DNA of 64,000 nt from a virus (lineage: Duplodnaviria > Caudoviricetes), in the IMG/VR virus record IMGVR_UViG_3300026101_000001, positions 19,407 to 83,406 of that record; one strand, 5' to 3'. Position numbers and translations under genes: made by a program. Below, piece after piece: positions 1-9,824 of the stretch (position 1 is its first letter; the number at the start of each line of letters is the position of its first letter). The notes under the pieces were generated by a model. The model did not search any database, was not told where the DNA came from, and saw only the letters and a list, made by a program, of their open reading frames with translations.

Positions 1-3000
1 TTTGATACTCGGGTCTAACGAATCGTATTGTTTCTGGTTGTTCTCTACTTCCAGTAACGTGTTCGCTCGGTTAAGCATTTCTTGAGCAAGGTTGTTTATA
101 TACTCTTCGGCTTTATCCCGTGCATCACCCGATAGGCCAAATTGCTTCATCAGAGAATCTAGTTCTTGCGGGGATTGGTTTAGGATATTGAATAACTGGC
201 TTTGCAATGCTTGTGTTTGCGTGCGTGCTTCTTGTGCACGGCCATAAGCACCGGCCTCTTGAGGGTTAATGTTGCGAATAAGCTCGTTGATACTCGCAAG
301 ATCATCCCCGAAATTCGGCAGCGCGGTATCTATCAGACTTCTATAAACATTTCCTCGACTGGCAAAGCGTCCTCGCTGGGTCGCGGTTTTACCGCTACCA
401 ACGCTAACATCCGTTCCCTTCTCTTGGGCTAATAGTCTGCGCTCAGATGAATCGAAAAAGCCGATTGAAAACAGCTCATTTAATTTAGCTTCCGAGTTAT
501 CAACAAAGTTATTCCGGTTTTGGTTCTGAAGGTACCCCACTCCATCCCGAGTAGTGTCTTCAAACTCCTTCATCTTGCTAATAAGCTTGTCGTAGCTGTC
601 TATAGAATCATCGATGTACAACCCTTGCTGGCGAAACTCATCATTAAGACGACGTATCTCGCGCTGAAGAGACTCATTATTCGTAAGGTCATTTTGCTTT
701 AAGATAAGCGTATCAATAGCGGACCCAACTTTTTTAAGCTGGTCTTCATAAACCTTAGTTTCAGAGGTACCACGGTTTAAGGCCGCTTGCGTGCTATCAA
801 CACGGTCATTAGCTCGGGCTCGGCCATCGAGGTACTGGTACCCATAAACCCCTGCGGTACCTACGGCAGTAGCAAGCCCAACCCCAGGTATTGCACGAGC
901 GGCGAATCCTGCCGCGGTACCTAATCCCCTACCCGTGGCAACCTTAGCAAGCCTAGAGATTGTGCTACCTTTACCTTTTCCTCCGGTTAGCATATCCACG
1001 CCGCCAAGTAACCCCGCGCCCAGACGAAGAACGCTCCTTGTGGCCAGCACGCCACCTAGTATGGAGGCCGGTACTGCTAAAGCGCTTAGAATGGGGCCGA
1101 GGTCTCTTACCACTGAAAGAAAGTCAGCGGTCTTTTCAGTAAGCTTGGTAATGGTGTCTAGTAGTGGCTCCATTGACTCATAGACAATCGATTTACTGAT
1201 TGAGCCCAAACGGTCTAACTGGTTAGCTAAGGCTTCCATCTGCGTGTCGTTCGCACGGGCCGCAGAACCACCAATACGCATTTGTTCGCTTAGGTCTTCC
1301 GCTACGCTAATGTTATTTGCAAAAGCTCCGTATGCAGAGGCCGCACGCACTTCCATACTTTCCATAGCATCACGGACAGTAAAGCCACTCTCGGCCAGCG
1401 TTTTCATTACCGGTATCAAACCGTGAGTCGTAATATCTAGGTCAGACATTGAGAGCCCGAGGTTGTGTACAATCTCGGTAAAAGACTCTGACGGTTTCTG
1501 CAGGGATATAATAATTTGTCGAAGGCCAGTACCGAGTGTAGAACCCGCTCGGATACCAGAGTTAGCCATTGCGCCAAGTGCGGAGACCGTTTCTTCAAAC
1601 GTCACATTAGACTGGGCCGCTAAGTTACCCGAGTACTGAAGACCTAAAGCGAGTTTATCGAGGTTCAATTTGGAGCTGTTCACAGCCGTAGTCATTTTGT
1701 CTACGATGTTGATCATCTGCGAACTGTCTTTATTAAATACCCCTAATGTTGATGTGGCTAGGTCAACGGCACTTTTTAAGTCCGAACCTACCGCGGTAGC
1801 AAAGAGCGTAACGCCCTCTATCGCATTTTGGATATCATTTTGACCTAAGCCAGCCTGACCAAGAGTTATGGCCGCATCTGCGACGTCCGTGGCTGTAAAC
1901 TTAGTTTTCTCCGAAACATCAATAAGGTTTTTAGACAGTTCTTCCATTTCCTCATTAGTGAGGTTCACAATGGATTGAAGTTGTTTAAACTGTCTATCTA
2001 ACTCTGTTGAGAAAGTCGCGGACGTTGCAAGGCCACCAACACCTGCGCCCATCACCGCGTAGTTACGAAGCAACTGCCCTTGGTTTCTGAATAGCTGGGC
2101 TCCGCCATCTAAGCGCTGATTGGTTTGCGATTGTCTAATCTGTTCAATACGACGAGCTACACGTTGTTGTTCGGTTACTTGTGTCGAAGGTCGCTGGGCT
2201 TTTTGTGCTGCTTTTTCAGCACGCTTGGCCTCGGCCGCAGCATCAGCGAATTCTTTTAATCGTGCTTTGGCAAGCTTGGTTGATTCTTCAAGTTCTCTTA
2301 GCGCTTTACCCGCGTTATTCTCTAGCGTTTTATTTCTCGTCTCCGGCGCGAGACTGGACTTCAGCGCTTTACGGGCGGCATTCTCGTAAACCTTATTCCG
2401 AGCAATAGCGTCCTCTAGTTGAGTTCTGTTCAACGTAGAGATTTGAGACGCTTTAACCTTCTGCCCTTTAGCTACGGTAGGGTTTAATCGAAACTCATCA
2501 TCATTGTAGGATTTAAGCGTTCGTCTTACAGTTCGAGCTTGTGTGTCTTGCGCTACTTCTGCTTTTTTAGAAGCCTCGGTAAATTTCTTTAGTCTTTCTT
2601 CCGCAGCGACTAAGCCGGACTCAAGCTTCTTAAGCGCATTTTGAGCTTTCTTCTCAAGGCTGGTATCACCTAACCGAATCGCATCGTTAAGCGCACTTTG
2701 TGCTCCACTACGTAAAAGCTTTTGCCTTTGAATCCCTGTGCGCAATTCACTTTCATTTAACGTGTTTACTCGAGACTTATAGAGCTGGCTTCCTTTTGGA
2801 ACAGTAGGGTTCTTACGAAATTGAAGGTCGTAATAGTCAGCAAGATCCTTTGCTTGTTTCTTGGCTTGCGCTTGGGCCTGTTTAGTGAATCGGCCTGTAA
2901 TTTCCCCAAAGGCTTGATTAAGCCCTTTCACTAATTGCTGTTGCTGTTGAGGGTTGAGTCCCTTACCAAGGGTTAAGGCAATTTGATCTAGTAACGCACG

Positions 3001-3261
3001 CGCATTCTTTTGGTTCTCACTTAAGATTTTGCGCTGGGTGTTAACTTCATTCTTAGCGTTCTGGGCGAGTTCAGAGCGCCCCTGTGGGGTGTCTTTAATA
3101 GCCTTAATGTTGGCTTGAAGCTGTTGACTCGCGGCTTGTGTGACCCGCTCTAGCTTTTCAAACTCGCGAGTTAGTTCCTCGATTACCTTTTTGGATTTAG
3201 GATCGACGGTAAAATTAAGTAAGGTATTTCTAATTGTATTGGATGCAGTGCTGCCGGCCAT
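1..3261 (-). CDS. Tail tape measure protein (TP901-type core); runs off window start, missing from ORF track
   Basis: ATG at 3261 (MAGSTASNTIRNTLLNF...), frame open where checked incl. window edge; TMP core 'KTKFTATDVADAAITLGQAGL...LNLDKLALGLQYSGNLAAQSNVTFEETVSALGAMANSGIRAGSTLGTGLRQ'; follows tail chaperones. Confidence 0.9.
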   Translation of the reverse strand, partial: MAGSTASNTIRNTLLNFTVDPKSKKVIEELTREFEKLERVTQAASQQLQANIKAIKDTPQGRSELAQNAKNEVNTQRKILSENQKNARALLDQIALTLGKGLNPQQQQQLVKGLNQAFGEITGRFTKQAQAQAKKQAKDLADYYDLQFRKNPTVPKGSQLYKSRVNTLNESELRTGIQRQKLLRSGAQSALNDAIRLGDTSLEKKAQNALKKLESGLVAAEERLKKFTEASKKAEVAQDTQARTVRRTLKSYNDDEFRLNPTVAKGQKVKASQISTLNRTQLEDAIARNKVYENAARKALKSSLAPETRNKTLENNAGKALRELEESTKLAKARLKEFADAAAEAKRAEKAAQKAQRPSTQVTEQQRVARRIEQIRQSQTNQRLDGGAQLFRNQGQLLRNYAVMGAGVGGLATSATFSTELDRQFKQLQSIVNLTNEEMEELSKNLIDVSEKTKFTATDVADAAITLGQAGLGQNDIQNAIEGVTLFATAVGSDLKSAVDLATSTLGVFNKDSSQMINIVDKMTTAVNSSKLNLDKLALGLQYSGNLAAQSNVTFEETVSALGAMANSGIRAGSTLGTGLRQIIISLQKPSESFTEIVHNLGLSMSDLDITTHGLIPVMKTLAESGFTVRDAMESMEVRAASAYGAFANNISVAEDLSEQMRIGGSAARANDTQMEALANQLDRLGSISKSIVYESMEPLLDTITKLTEKTADFLSVVRDLGPILSALAVPASILGGVLATRSVLRLGAGLLGGVDMLTGGKGKGSTISRLAKVATGRGLGTAAGFAARAIPGVGLATAVGTAGVYGYQYLDGRARANDRVDSTQAALNRGTSETKVYEDQLKKVGSAIDTLILKQNDLTNNESLQREIRRLNDEFRQQGLYIDDSIDSYDKLISKMKEFEDTTRDGVGYLQNQNRNNFVDNSEAKLNELFSIGFFDSSERRLLAQEKGTDVSVGSGKTATQRGRFASRGNVYRSLIDTALPNFGDDLASINELIRNINPQEAGAYGRAQEARTQTQALQSQLFNILNQSPQELDSLMKQFGLSGDARDKAEEYINNLAQEMLNRANTLLEVENNQKQYDSLDPSIK

Positions 3262-3280
3262 CGTCAATTTCCCCTAATTG

Positions 3281-3652
3281 TTACCCAAAAACGGCTCTTG
3301 CTCGGGCCTCAGCTTCTATTTCATCTTTTGGTACCGTGCTCGTAGTTTTACGTCTGGGCTTGCCTGAACCACTTTCTTTTTTACCGAAGATAGTCCCTGC
3401 GGCATTCAATAACGTCACATACTCTTGGGTCATTGTGACAGTCTTTAAGCCAAGTGTTAGCTTGGTTTTAACTTTGATATCTTGGTTACTATGCGACCAA
3501 AATATCTTCTGTAGCTGGCTGGGTACCGTTTCGAAAACAAAACACAACTGCTCTTCAAACGACAGTTTTAGGTACCAAGAATTGAAGACCTCTAAGTGGT
3601 CTGCTTCTTCTTCATTCGTTGCTTGGCTCTTTGTAGAGCCTTCATAAAAAAA
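3281..3652 (-). CDS. Tail chaperone -1 frameshift extension (gpGT-like T part)
   Basis: -1 frame is open from the T-TTT-TTT site to the stop at 3281 (YEGSTKSQATNEEEADHLEVFNSWYLKLSFEEQLCFVF...). Confidence 0.8.
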   Translation of the reverse strand, partial: FFYEGSTKSQATNEEEADHLEVFNSWYLKLSFEEQLCFVFETVPSQLQKIFWSHSNQDIKVKTKLTLGLKTVTMTQEYVTLLNAAGTIFGKKESGSGKPRRKTTSTVPKDEIEAEARARAVFG

Positions 3653-3939
3653 GTCTCAACGTGCTCCGATACCCATTCAAGCAAGTCCAGTATTTGGTCT
3701 GGGTCTGCCTTCATTGTATTAATATCGAAATTCTTGGTTATTCGGCCCGTCTCATTTCTTTCAGATAGGAGTTCAGTAATTACACTCGCTCGAACGTCGG
3801 AATTTAAGAGGATTTGTTCGAGTTCTTCCGCATTTCTAAAGTACCCTGTGATGGTATTGAGTAGCGCAAAACTCATGAAAACTTCTTTATCTTCGCCGTT
3901 AACGCTGATGTTAAAGGTTACAGAAGGGTTATCACTCAT
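3592..3939 (-). CDS. Tail assembly chaperone (lambda gpG-like)
   Basis: Between tail tube and TMP; ATG at 3939 after start motif; slippery site near 3' end. Confidence 0.8.
   Translation of the reverse strand: MSDNPSVTFNISVNGEDKEVFMSFALLNTITGYFRNAEELEQILLNSDVRASVITELLSERNETGRITKNFDINTMKADPDQILDLLEWVSEHVETFFMKALQRAKQRMKKKQTT
3646..3652 (-). other. Programmed -1 ribosomal frameshift slippery heptamer T TTT TTT
   Basis: ACT TTT TTT ATG in the G frame; -1 slip joins the G and T ORFs. Confidence 0.8.
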
Positions 3940-3952
3940 CGTCAATTTCCTT

Positions 3953-3976
3953 AAAAAAGGCCTCCGAAGAGGCCTT
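3953..3976 (-). terminator. Intrinsic terminator after tail tube gene
   Basis: AAGGCCTC-TTCG-GAGGCCTT followed by T run on minus strand. Confidence 0.8.
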
Positions 3977-4001
3977 CTAAACAGTTTTTAAACCCAGGGT
4001 T

Positions 4002-4832
4002 TTACGACAATACGCTTTCTACTGAGTCATGAAACAACTTACCAGAGGTACCTTTGAAAGGTGCATAGTAAGTATCGGAAGGTGTAACTTTAAGTGGCGT
4101 AAACTCAAATGGTGTATTACCGAAGTTGTCGGTACCAAATGCCATAGTAAGACCTGAAGAAACACGCATCTTAGGAATAAGAAGTGTGATCCACTTACCG
4201 TTAGCTAGCTGGCCTTGAACCTTAGCGGCAAAGTCTCGGTCAACATCCGTTGAGCCCACATCAAGTACCGTTACTAGAGATACGTATGCGCCAGCCGGAA
4301 CTTCCCAAGCCATAGTGCTGTCAGGTACTGACACTTCGATAGTAGCGGTTGCTGCTGTACCCTCTGTAAGCCCTGAAACATTTGTTACGGTACCTAAAAC
4401 AATATTTTCTGAGATAGGGTCGCGAACACTAACCCAGCTACCTACCTCAATATCCTGTCCTGTACCATCATTGAGTTCTAGAGATACCGCACCTGATGAG
4501 AAAGAAGCTGCAGTCTTAACTACGTGAGCATCACCTTCAGGAGATACCAACTCCCCACCGTCTAGACCCAACGCGTAAGCGAGGTTCTTTTCGGTGTATT
4601 CGTACATTTCGAATGTGCCTCGAGTCGTGGCACCAGTTGTTAGTGTGAAAACAACATCGTTAGTTCGGCCTTGGGTAAGGTCAGAACGTTCCTTGGTTGC
4701 TTCTACTGTGAAATTCTTAACTAGGCCCACAGAGTGTTCTTCTGGGTTTAGTTTATAGAGGTCTTCTGGGTTACCAATCATTACAGTGGCAGTACCCAAC
4801 ATAAAATCAGTTGTTTTAGCTTCACCAGCCAT
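4002..4832 (-). CDS. Major tail (tube) protein
   Basis: Position before chaperones/TMP; 'FMLGTATVMIG...GLVKNFTVEAT...PKMRVSSGLTMAFGTDNFGNTPFEFTPL' typical of siphoviral tail tube. Confidence 0.8.
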   Translation of the reverse strand: MAGEAKTTDFMLGTATVMIGNPEDLYKLNPEEHSVGLVKNFTVEATKERSDLTQGRTNDVVFTLTTGATTRGTFEMYEYTEKNLAYALGLDGGELVSPEGDAHVVKTAASFSSGAVSLELNDGTGQDIEVGSWVSVRDPISENIVLGTVTNVSGLTEGTAATATIEVSVPDSTMAWEVPAGAYVSLVTVLDVGSTDVDRDFAAKVQGQLANGKWITLLIPKMRVSSGLTMAFGTDNFGNTPFEFTPLKVTPSDTYYAPFKGTSGKLFHDSVESVLS

Positions 4833-4887
4833 CGTCAATCTCCAAATTTTAGGTTATTATTGATACCTTGCTGAAGGAGGATGAAAC

Positions 4888-5229
4888 ATGGCAAAACTTA
4901 CACCAATTTCAATCATCACACCCACGAACATTTTTGTGACCGCAGCCAGAGCACCTATTGAAGGTGAATCGGATGCGGACAAGTTGCGCGTCTTATTAGA
5001 CCACTTTTTACACAATAACTTAAGTCCAATCGATATGCGTGTTGTTCCTAAGTCGGCATCATCAAAAAGCTTTACCTTAAGACTACCCAAAAAAGTTTTG
5101 AATCGTCTTGATCAGTACTGCCAACGAACACTATACACCCGTCAACAAGCTTTTCAAATCGCTGTTTGCGCCAGCTTGAAGGACTTAGGACTTACTCATT
5201 TTGTCGATTCATCTAAAGCTGAGGCCTGA
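4888..5229 (+). CDS. Ribbon-helix-helix (Arc/CopG-like) DNA-binding protein, antisense within tail operon
   Basis: GGAGG RBS upstream; C-terminal 'KSFTLRLPKKVLNRLDQYCQRTLYTRQQAFQIAV' fits RHH pattern. Confidence 0.6.
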   Translation: MAKLTPISIITPTNIFVTAARAPIEGESDADKLRVLLDHFLHNNLSPIDMRVVPKSASSKSFTLRLPKKVLNRLDQYCQRTLYTRQQAFQIAVCASLKDLGLTHFVDSSKAEA

Positions 5230-5654
5230 AAAATTATCGACTGAATAACCCGAGAGTTTTTTCCGTCCTGAACAGGAAGAATTTGGGTCATATTCATACA
5301 CGTAATATTTCCCCTTCTAGCCCCTGTAGTTTCATCAAAAAGCGTAAAGGCTTTCGTTGGCCTTAAACACTCAAAAATATGATCTACGACTTTGGTTAGT
5401 CGCATATTGTTAGTGTCAGATACCGTGCTAATTGTTACTGCCGCAGAAAGCGTGTCTAGCGGAATATCGTCCGTGCCCGACTGTACTGCTAAATCCTCAA
5501 TACCAATAAAGTCCCCTTCCGGTAACTCATCTTCATTGGAAAAGGCATCGAGGTTGAGGCTCTTAAATTCAGTTCCGACAAGCGCACGCAATAGCTTTGC
5601 ATTATCACTGCAGAAGCGAAGTAGAGAGGCTTGGATATTTATATACTGGGCCAT
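5196..5654 (-). CDS. Putative tail terminator/completion protein
   Basis: Size and position immediately upstream of tail tube. Confidence 0.55.
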   Translation of the reverse strand: MAQYINIQASLLRFCSDNAKLLRALVGTEFKSLNLDAFSNEDELPEGDFIGIEDLAVQSGTDDIPLDTLSAAVTISTVSDTNNMRLTKVVDHIFECLRPTKAFTLFDETTGARRGNITCMNMTQILPVQDGKNSRVIQSIIFQASALDESTK

Positions 5655-6563
5655 CTAAAGGACACCTTCTCGTTGTAGGTAAGCGGTTAAAGAGTTTTTT
5701 CCTGTGCTAGAAAGTAAGGCGCCAAAGTAAGGTAACAAAATAGCGTGCTTGTACTTATGCAAATGACCTATCTTGTTTCGTTCCTTTTGGTCAATTAAGC
5801 CTAACGTTTCAAGTATATCGGCCAGTTCATCAAAGTCCGATTTAGCACCTAAAAAGCTGTTGAGTTTAGCTAAGTAACTGATATTGATCCCTGCCGTGAC
5901 CAGCCCTTGAGCCAGAGCCCTTTGAGTAGAAACATGACCCCTAACACCTTCAACCGTTACACGGCCATTACCAACTATTTTTACACCTTGAGTGGGTTGG
6001 ATTGCCCCTTGTCTTAGGTAATGATTAACTGCGGGTATAACGGCATCTTTCCACGCTACATATTCTTTTGTCCTCGGGTTGTATGGTTTCCCGTTCCAAC
6101 CAGAAACTCTAAGCCCAGGCCTTAAAGCACCCTTCCCTTTAATCACAGGAGACAACGAAAGCCCCCCAAGTCCCGTATAAAGCTTTGCACCAACATCATT
6201 ATTGCTGCCTAATCGTCTTAGCAACTGAACTAGAGAAGTCTTACCTTTTTTCTCACTGAGCCCCCTGAACAACATCGGCTCTTGAGTTAAAGGCTTTTTA
6301 CCTAAGCCTATATTTTTGCGAATTTGCCATCGTGAGGTTATTCGTTTACTCGTTCCTTCATAGCCAAAAGCATTCGGCGCGTAGCCAATTACCTCCGCCT
6401 CCTTCGACATAGCGCTTATCATTGCAGCTAGCGAAGTGAAAACATTATTCAGAAAAGCAACGGTGGCCGACTCTATTTCACTTCGAACAAAAGCGGTTTC
6501 CCCTTCTGTTAAACCTGTAACTAGAGCTTCGAACTGGGCTTGAAAATCAGCGGTAACCGACAC
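5655..6563 (-). CDS. Putative neck/tail-completion protein
   Basis: Synteny in head-tail joining block; basic 302 aa. Confidence 0.4.
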   Translation of the reverse strand: MSVTADFQAQFEALVTGLTEGETAFVRSEIESATVAFLNNVFTSLAAMISAMSKEAEVIGYAPNAFGYEGTSKRITSRWQIRKNIGLGKKPLTQEPMLFRGLSEKKGKTSLVQLLRRLGSNNDVGAKLYTGLGGLSLSPVIKGKGALRPGLRVSGWNGKPYNPRTKEYVAWKDAVIPAVNHYLRQGAIQPTQGVKIVGNGRVTVEGVRGHVSTQRALAQGLVTAGINISYLAKLNSFLGAKSDFDELADILETLGLIDQKERNKIGHLHKYKHAILLPYFGALLSSTGKNSLTAYLQREGVL

Positions 6564-6566
6564 GGC

Positions 6567-7049
6567 CTACACCTCTACGCGGTAAATTCCTGAAACAGGT
6601 ATAACCTTAGTTACGCTTCGGCCATTTATCTTGGCATCCTTGGGGATTTTAGAGCCAAAGTAAAAGACCTCCTGTGAGACCGTAAGACCTTTTACCTCAG
6701 CGGGGGTTTCAATTTCCTGTACACAAGAAAGGGTTTCACTTTCAGTACTAAAGCCATTGGTCTCCAACCCCGTTACAGGATGGCGGACGCGAATAGAATA
6801 GATAACATCAACCTCAGCGTTAATAGCCAACCCGAGGAAAACGTTATTTAGGCCGTAAGCATGGTGTTCGGCCAGTAGGAAGGCTGTGTGTTCATTCTTG
6901 CGAATAATGTCCCCTGCTTTAACCCTGAAGCGCTTTGGTATATGCACCAAAGCCCTAACGGGTACCAGACTTCTAAAACTCTCATTCGGTTGCGTAGTAC
7001 GTGCAACCAAATTAAGATTCCCCGAAGTATATCGGGTGAAGATATTCAT
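6567..7049 (-). CDS. Putative head closure protein
   Basis: Synteny; beta-rich 160 aa. Confidence 0.45.
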   Translation of the reverse strand: MNIFTRYTSGNLNLVARTTQPNESFRSLVPVRALVHIPKRFRVKAGDIIRKNEHTAFLLAEHHAYGLNNVFLGLAINAEVDVIYSIRVRHPVTGLETNGFSTESETLSCVQEIETPAEVKGLTVSQEVFYFGSKIPKDAKINGRSVTKVIPVSGIYRVEV

Positions 7050-7732
7050 GCGTCCTCACCCGTGAATGGGTCTGTTCGGCTCACAAACTCAAGTAGTGGA
7101 GATTGAGGGAATTCAGCTACGGACTCAAACGTTAATTTGTGAGCCCAGTACTGAGAGGTAATAGAGTCCTGCACGGATTTTATATCGATATTTGATAGTC
7201 GAGACTTCTTAGTGTCGTCAATTTCATTAGACTTTAGAGTTTTCAGTCCTAACGCAGGGAGGTGGCGCACAGCTTCATGTAGCAAAATTAACTTGTTGAT
7301 ACGAGCGTTTGTATCCTCAAGTAGGCCTTGGCCAAGTTCATTTACTAGCTCATTGAACGAGTAAATAAAATCAATCTCACTATCAGGGAGTTCTTCTTCG
7401 TATAGCCCGATAAGGGTTCTTAGATTCGAAGGTGTGGATGTAAACATAAAATCCATATGAACCCGAACAATATCCGTATAGATACGTTGGCGATTTTCGC
7501 TCGTGAACTTAACCGTCAACTTAAAAAAGCTCAAGATATCACTGCTGCTGACTTTCAGGATATCTTGAGGGATGCTGTAATCAGCATCAAAAGGTACATC
7601 CACCGAATGTACCTCAACGCCCTCTTGGTCCTTGAGGGAGACACTTACGGTCCCAAAGTCCGGCAAATAGGTGTAGTCACCTATTTGAAACTCGGTCAGC
7701 ATTAACATTTCGTTATTTGGGACGCTTAACAT
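7046..7732 (-). CDS. Putative head-tail adaptor protein
   Basis: Synteny two genes after capsid. Confidence 0.45.
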   Translation of the reverse strand: MLSVPNNEMLMLTEFQIGDYTYLPDFGTVSVSLKDQEGVEVHSVDVPFDADYSIPQDILKVSSSDILSFFKLTVKFTSENRQRIYTDIVRVHMDFMFTSTPSNLRTLIGLYEEELPDSEIDFIYSFNELVNELGQGLLEDTNARINKLILLHEAVRHLPALGLKTLKSNEIDDTKKSRLSNIDIKSVQDSITSQYWAHKLTFESVAEFPQSPLLEFVSRTDPFTGEDA

Positions 7733-7741
7733 GGTTGTTCC

Positions 7742-8125
7742 TTAAGACTTCGCTTTAGTCGTGCGAGTCGTGGTTTTCTTAGGGGTTGGTGCTGGTTCTG
7801 GTGAGTCGTCCTTATCACCTTCGCCAGAGTCTTCCTTATCACCTTCGCCAGAGTCGTCCTTGCTCTCTTCAACACCTTCAAGGCTCAGCTTGAAATTTTC
7901 CAGTGCGGTTTCCCAGTCACCATCATGATCGTCAAAGAACTTTTTGAACTCTTCATCCGTGGCGTTATCTGGCAAGTCGTTATCCAGCACCTTTACTTGC
8001 TGCTGGGAAACAAACTGGTCCACTTCCGTGCAATGGCCTATTACCGAAGGGCGGAACGCTTCAATAATTCCGAAACGGGTCATTAGCATAAAATTTTTAG
8101 TGGTTTTAGCTAAGATCATTTTCAT
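7742..8125 (-). CDS. Small acidic virion-associated protein with low-complexity tail
   Basis: Directly after capsid; DSGEGDK(E/D) repeat and PAPTPKKTTT tail. Confidence 0.55.
   Translation of the reverse strand: MKMILAKTTKNFMLMTRFGIIEAFRPSVIGHCTEVDQFVSQQQVKVLDNDLPDNATDEEFKKFFDDHDGDWETALENFKLSLEGVEESKDDSGEGDKEDSGEGDKDDSPEPAPTPKKTTTRTTKAKS
7803..7861. repeat. 24-bp in-frame tandem repeat (~2.5 copies)
   Basis: GAGTC(G/T)TCCTTATCACCTTCGCCA repeated. Confidence 0.9.
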
Positions 8126-8139
8126 TATTTGATTCTCCA

Positions 8140-8167
8140 AATAGCCCCCTTAATTAAGGGGGCTATT
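8140..8167. terminator. Hairpin after capsid gene (terminator/stability element)
   Basis: AATAGCCCCC-TTAATTAA-GGGGGCTATT perfect palindrome. Confidence 0.6.
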
Positions 8168-8172
8168 GTTGG

Positions 8173-9378
8173 TTAGGCCGTGGTATCGAAGATTACGCGA
8201 GTATCACCGTAAACTAGGCGATAACCTGAGTTCTCAGTCTTCACGTAAGTAATCGACTGGTTCTTGATTGCTGTCTCAGACTCAGACAGTACAGAACCAG
8301 CTTCGATAAGTTCTTCCAGCGTGTCGGCCTTTGAATAACAAATCAGCTTACCAGTTGGGGCTGAGCTTGAAATATGGAAGTTAACACCGCTTAAGAAGTC
8401 CATGGCCAGAGCCACGCGAGGACCACCGTTCTCCTGAAGAATTTCAGAAGTAGACTTACCGTTAGGTTGAGTTGGTAAGAACATTAGGAACAGTTCTAAC
8501 CACATATCGTAGTTACCTACGATAGTATCAACCGGTACGCCTTTACGCGCACGTTGGGCCAAGAAGTCAGCTAATGCTACGTAGTTACCTTTAAGACCTT
8601 TAGCCGCATCCCAATCTTTATAATTAGAAGCGGGGACCACTTCTGCAGCTTCGTGAACACCATCACCGTTAATCAATAGCGTGGTTGCCATCTTCACTTT
8701 GCTGATTTCTTTGTTACGCGCAATACGGGCCGCGTATGGTGTAAGGATATCTAGGCTCACACGACGTTCGAATTCGTATGAGGTACGAATACCTGAACCA
8801 TGCTTGAAGAACTTAACCGACTTATCAGAGCTTTTGATAGTCTGCATCGGAATGTTAGCAAGTTCCGCGATAGGCGAAGTATTTAACTGGCCTTGGTCGT
8901 CAAAAATTGCGGTGGTAATAAGCTCATTACCAGTGATAGTACGTGTCTGTGCCACCATAGGGGCCGTTGATTCGTACATATCTTGGCGCGTATTCCACTG
9001 AAGCATATCATCGATAACTTCTGGGAAAAGTGCGCGAGAGCCTGGGCGTGCACTGAAAGTGTCCGCTGCCGCTTGAAGGGTAATACCTTGCTCAAACGCG
9101 TTTTTGAACGGGAGGTTCAACTCTACGATAGCGGCTTGGTAGCCGGTCATAAAGTTACCGTTATCCAAACGGAAGTTTTTACCAGCCTTTTCATCATTCG
9201 ACGCACGAACGTCAACTGCTAGGTTTAGGTAATCACGAACGTTAATACCGTATTGTTTTGCTGCTTGTACCAGCTTTACACCAGCGCGAATTGAATCGTC
9301 GCTGTGTTCGCTATCGATACCCGCAAGAACGTCTTTAAGCGGGGCGCGTTTAATCTGACTAAGATTTGCTGCTTGCAT
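8173..9378 (-). CDS. Major capsid protein
   Basis: 401 aa after protease and decoration genes; highly-expressed codon pattern; HK97-like size and position. Confidence 0.8.
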   Translation of the reverse strand: MQAANLSQIKRAPLKDVLAGIDSEHSDDSIRAGVKLVQAAKQYGINVRDYLNLAVDVRASNDEKAGKNFRLDNGNFMTGYQAAIVELNLPFKNAFEQGITLQAAADTFSARPGSRALFPEVIDDMLQWNTRQDMYESTAPMVAQTRTITGNELITTAIFDDQGQLNTSPIAELANIPMQTIKSSDKSVKFFKHGSGIRTSYEFERRVSLDILTPYAARIARNKEISKVKMATTLLINGDGVHEAAEVVPASNYKDWDAAKGLKGNYVALADFLAQRARKGVPVDTIVGNYDMWLELFLMFLPTQPNGKSTSEILQENGGPRVALAMDFLSGVNFHISSSAPTGKLICYSKADTLEELIEAGSVLSESETAIKNQSITYVKTENSGYRLVYGDTRVIFDTTA

Positions 9379-9420
9379 CGTCAATCTCCAAATTTTTATT
9401 TGTGGTGCGAATCTTCCGAA

Positions 9421-9813
9421 TTAACGGAAGATTACAGATACCAAGTTGTTAGTGGTATCAACGGCGGTAACAACCACGTTGCGACCTAGACCAGCTCCGG
9501 CAGCTTTTACTTTACCGTCACCGTTTGATACTACGTGGCCACCCACTGTCGGAGCTGTACCCGCGTATTCAAACTCGGCACACATATGCCATGACACAGC
9601 ACCCATTTTTACGCCTTCAACTTCACGGTTTTCATAAGACTCTAGGTAACCTAGAATCTCATCATCTGCAGCACCAAAGCCCACCGTAAAATCTCCGGTT
9701 ACCGAAACCGGTTTACCAACGTCCGCAAAACCCGTGATTGATGCATCTAGATAGAATGATGCTGCCGCGGATTCAGTGCGGATACCCTTATGTTGTAAAT
9801 CGCCAATTTGCAT
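9421..9813 (-). CDS. Capsid decoration/cement protein
   Basis: 130 aa Gly/Val-rich beta protein between protease and capsid. Confidence 0.65.
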   Translation of the reverse strand: MQIGDLQHKGIRTESAAASFYLDASITGFADVGKPVSVTGDFTVGFGAADDEILGYLESYENREVEGVKMGAVSWHMCAEFEYAGTAPTVGGHVVSNGDGKVKAAGAGLGRNVVVTAVDTTNNLVSVIFR

Positions 9814-9824
9814 GACTCTTCCCC

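Noticed and set aside
202-3991. Plus-strand ORFs over the tape measure and chaperone genes
   Set aside because: Shadow frames of the long minus-strand CDS; no RBS and no recognisable domains
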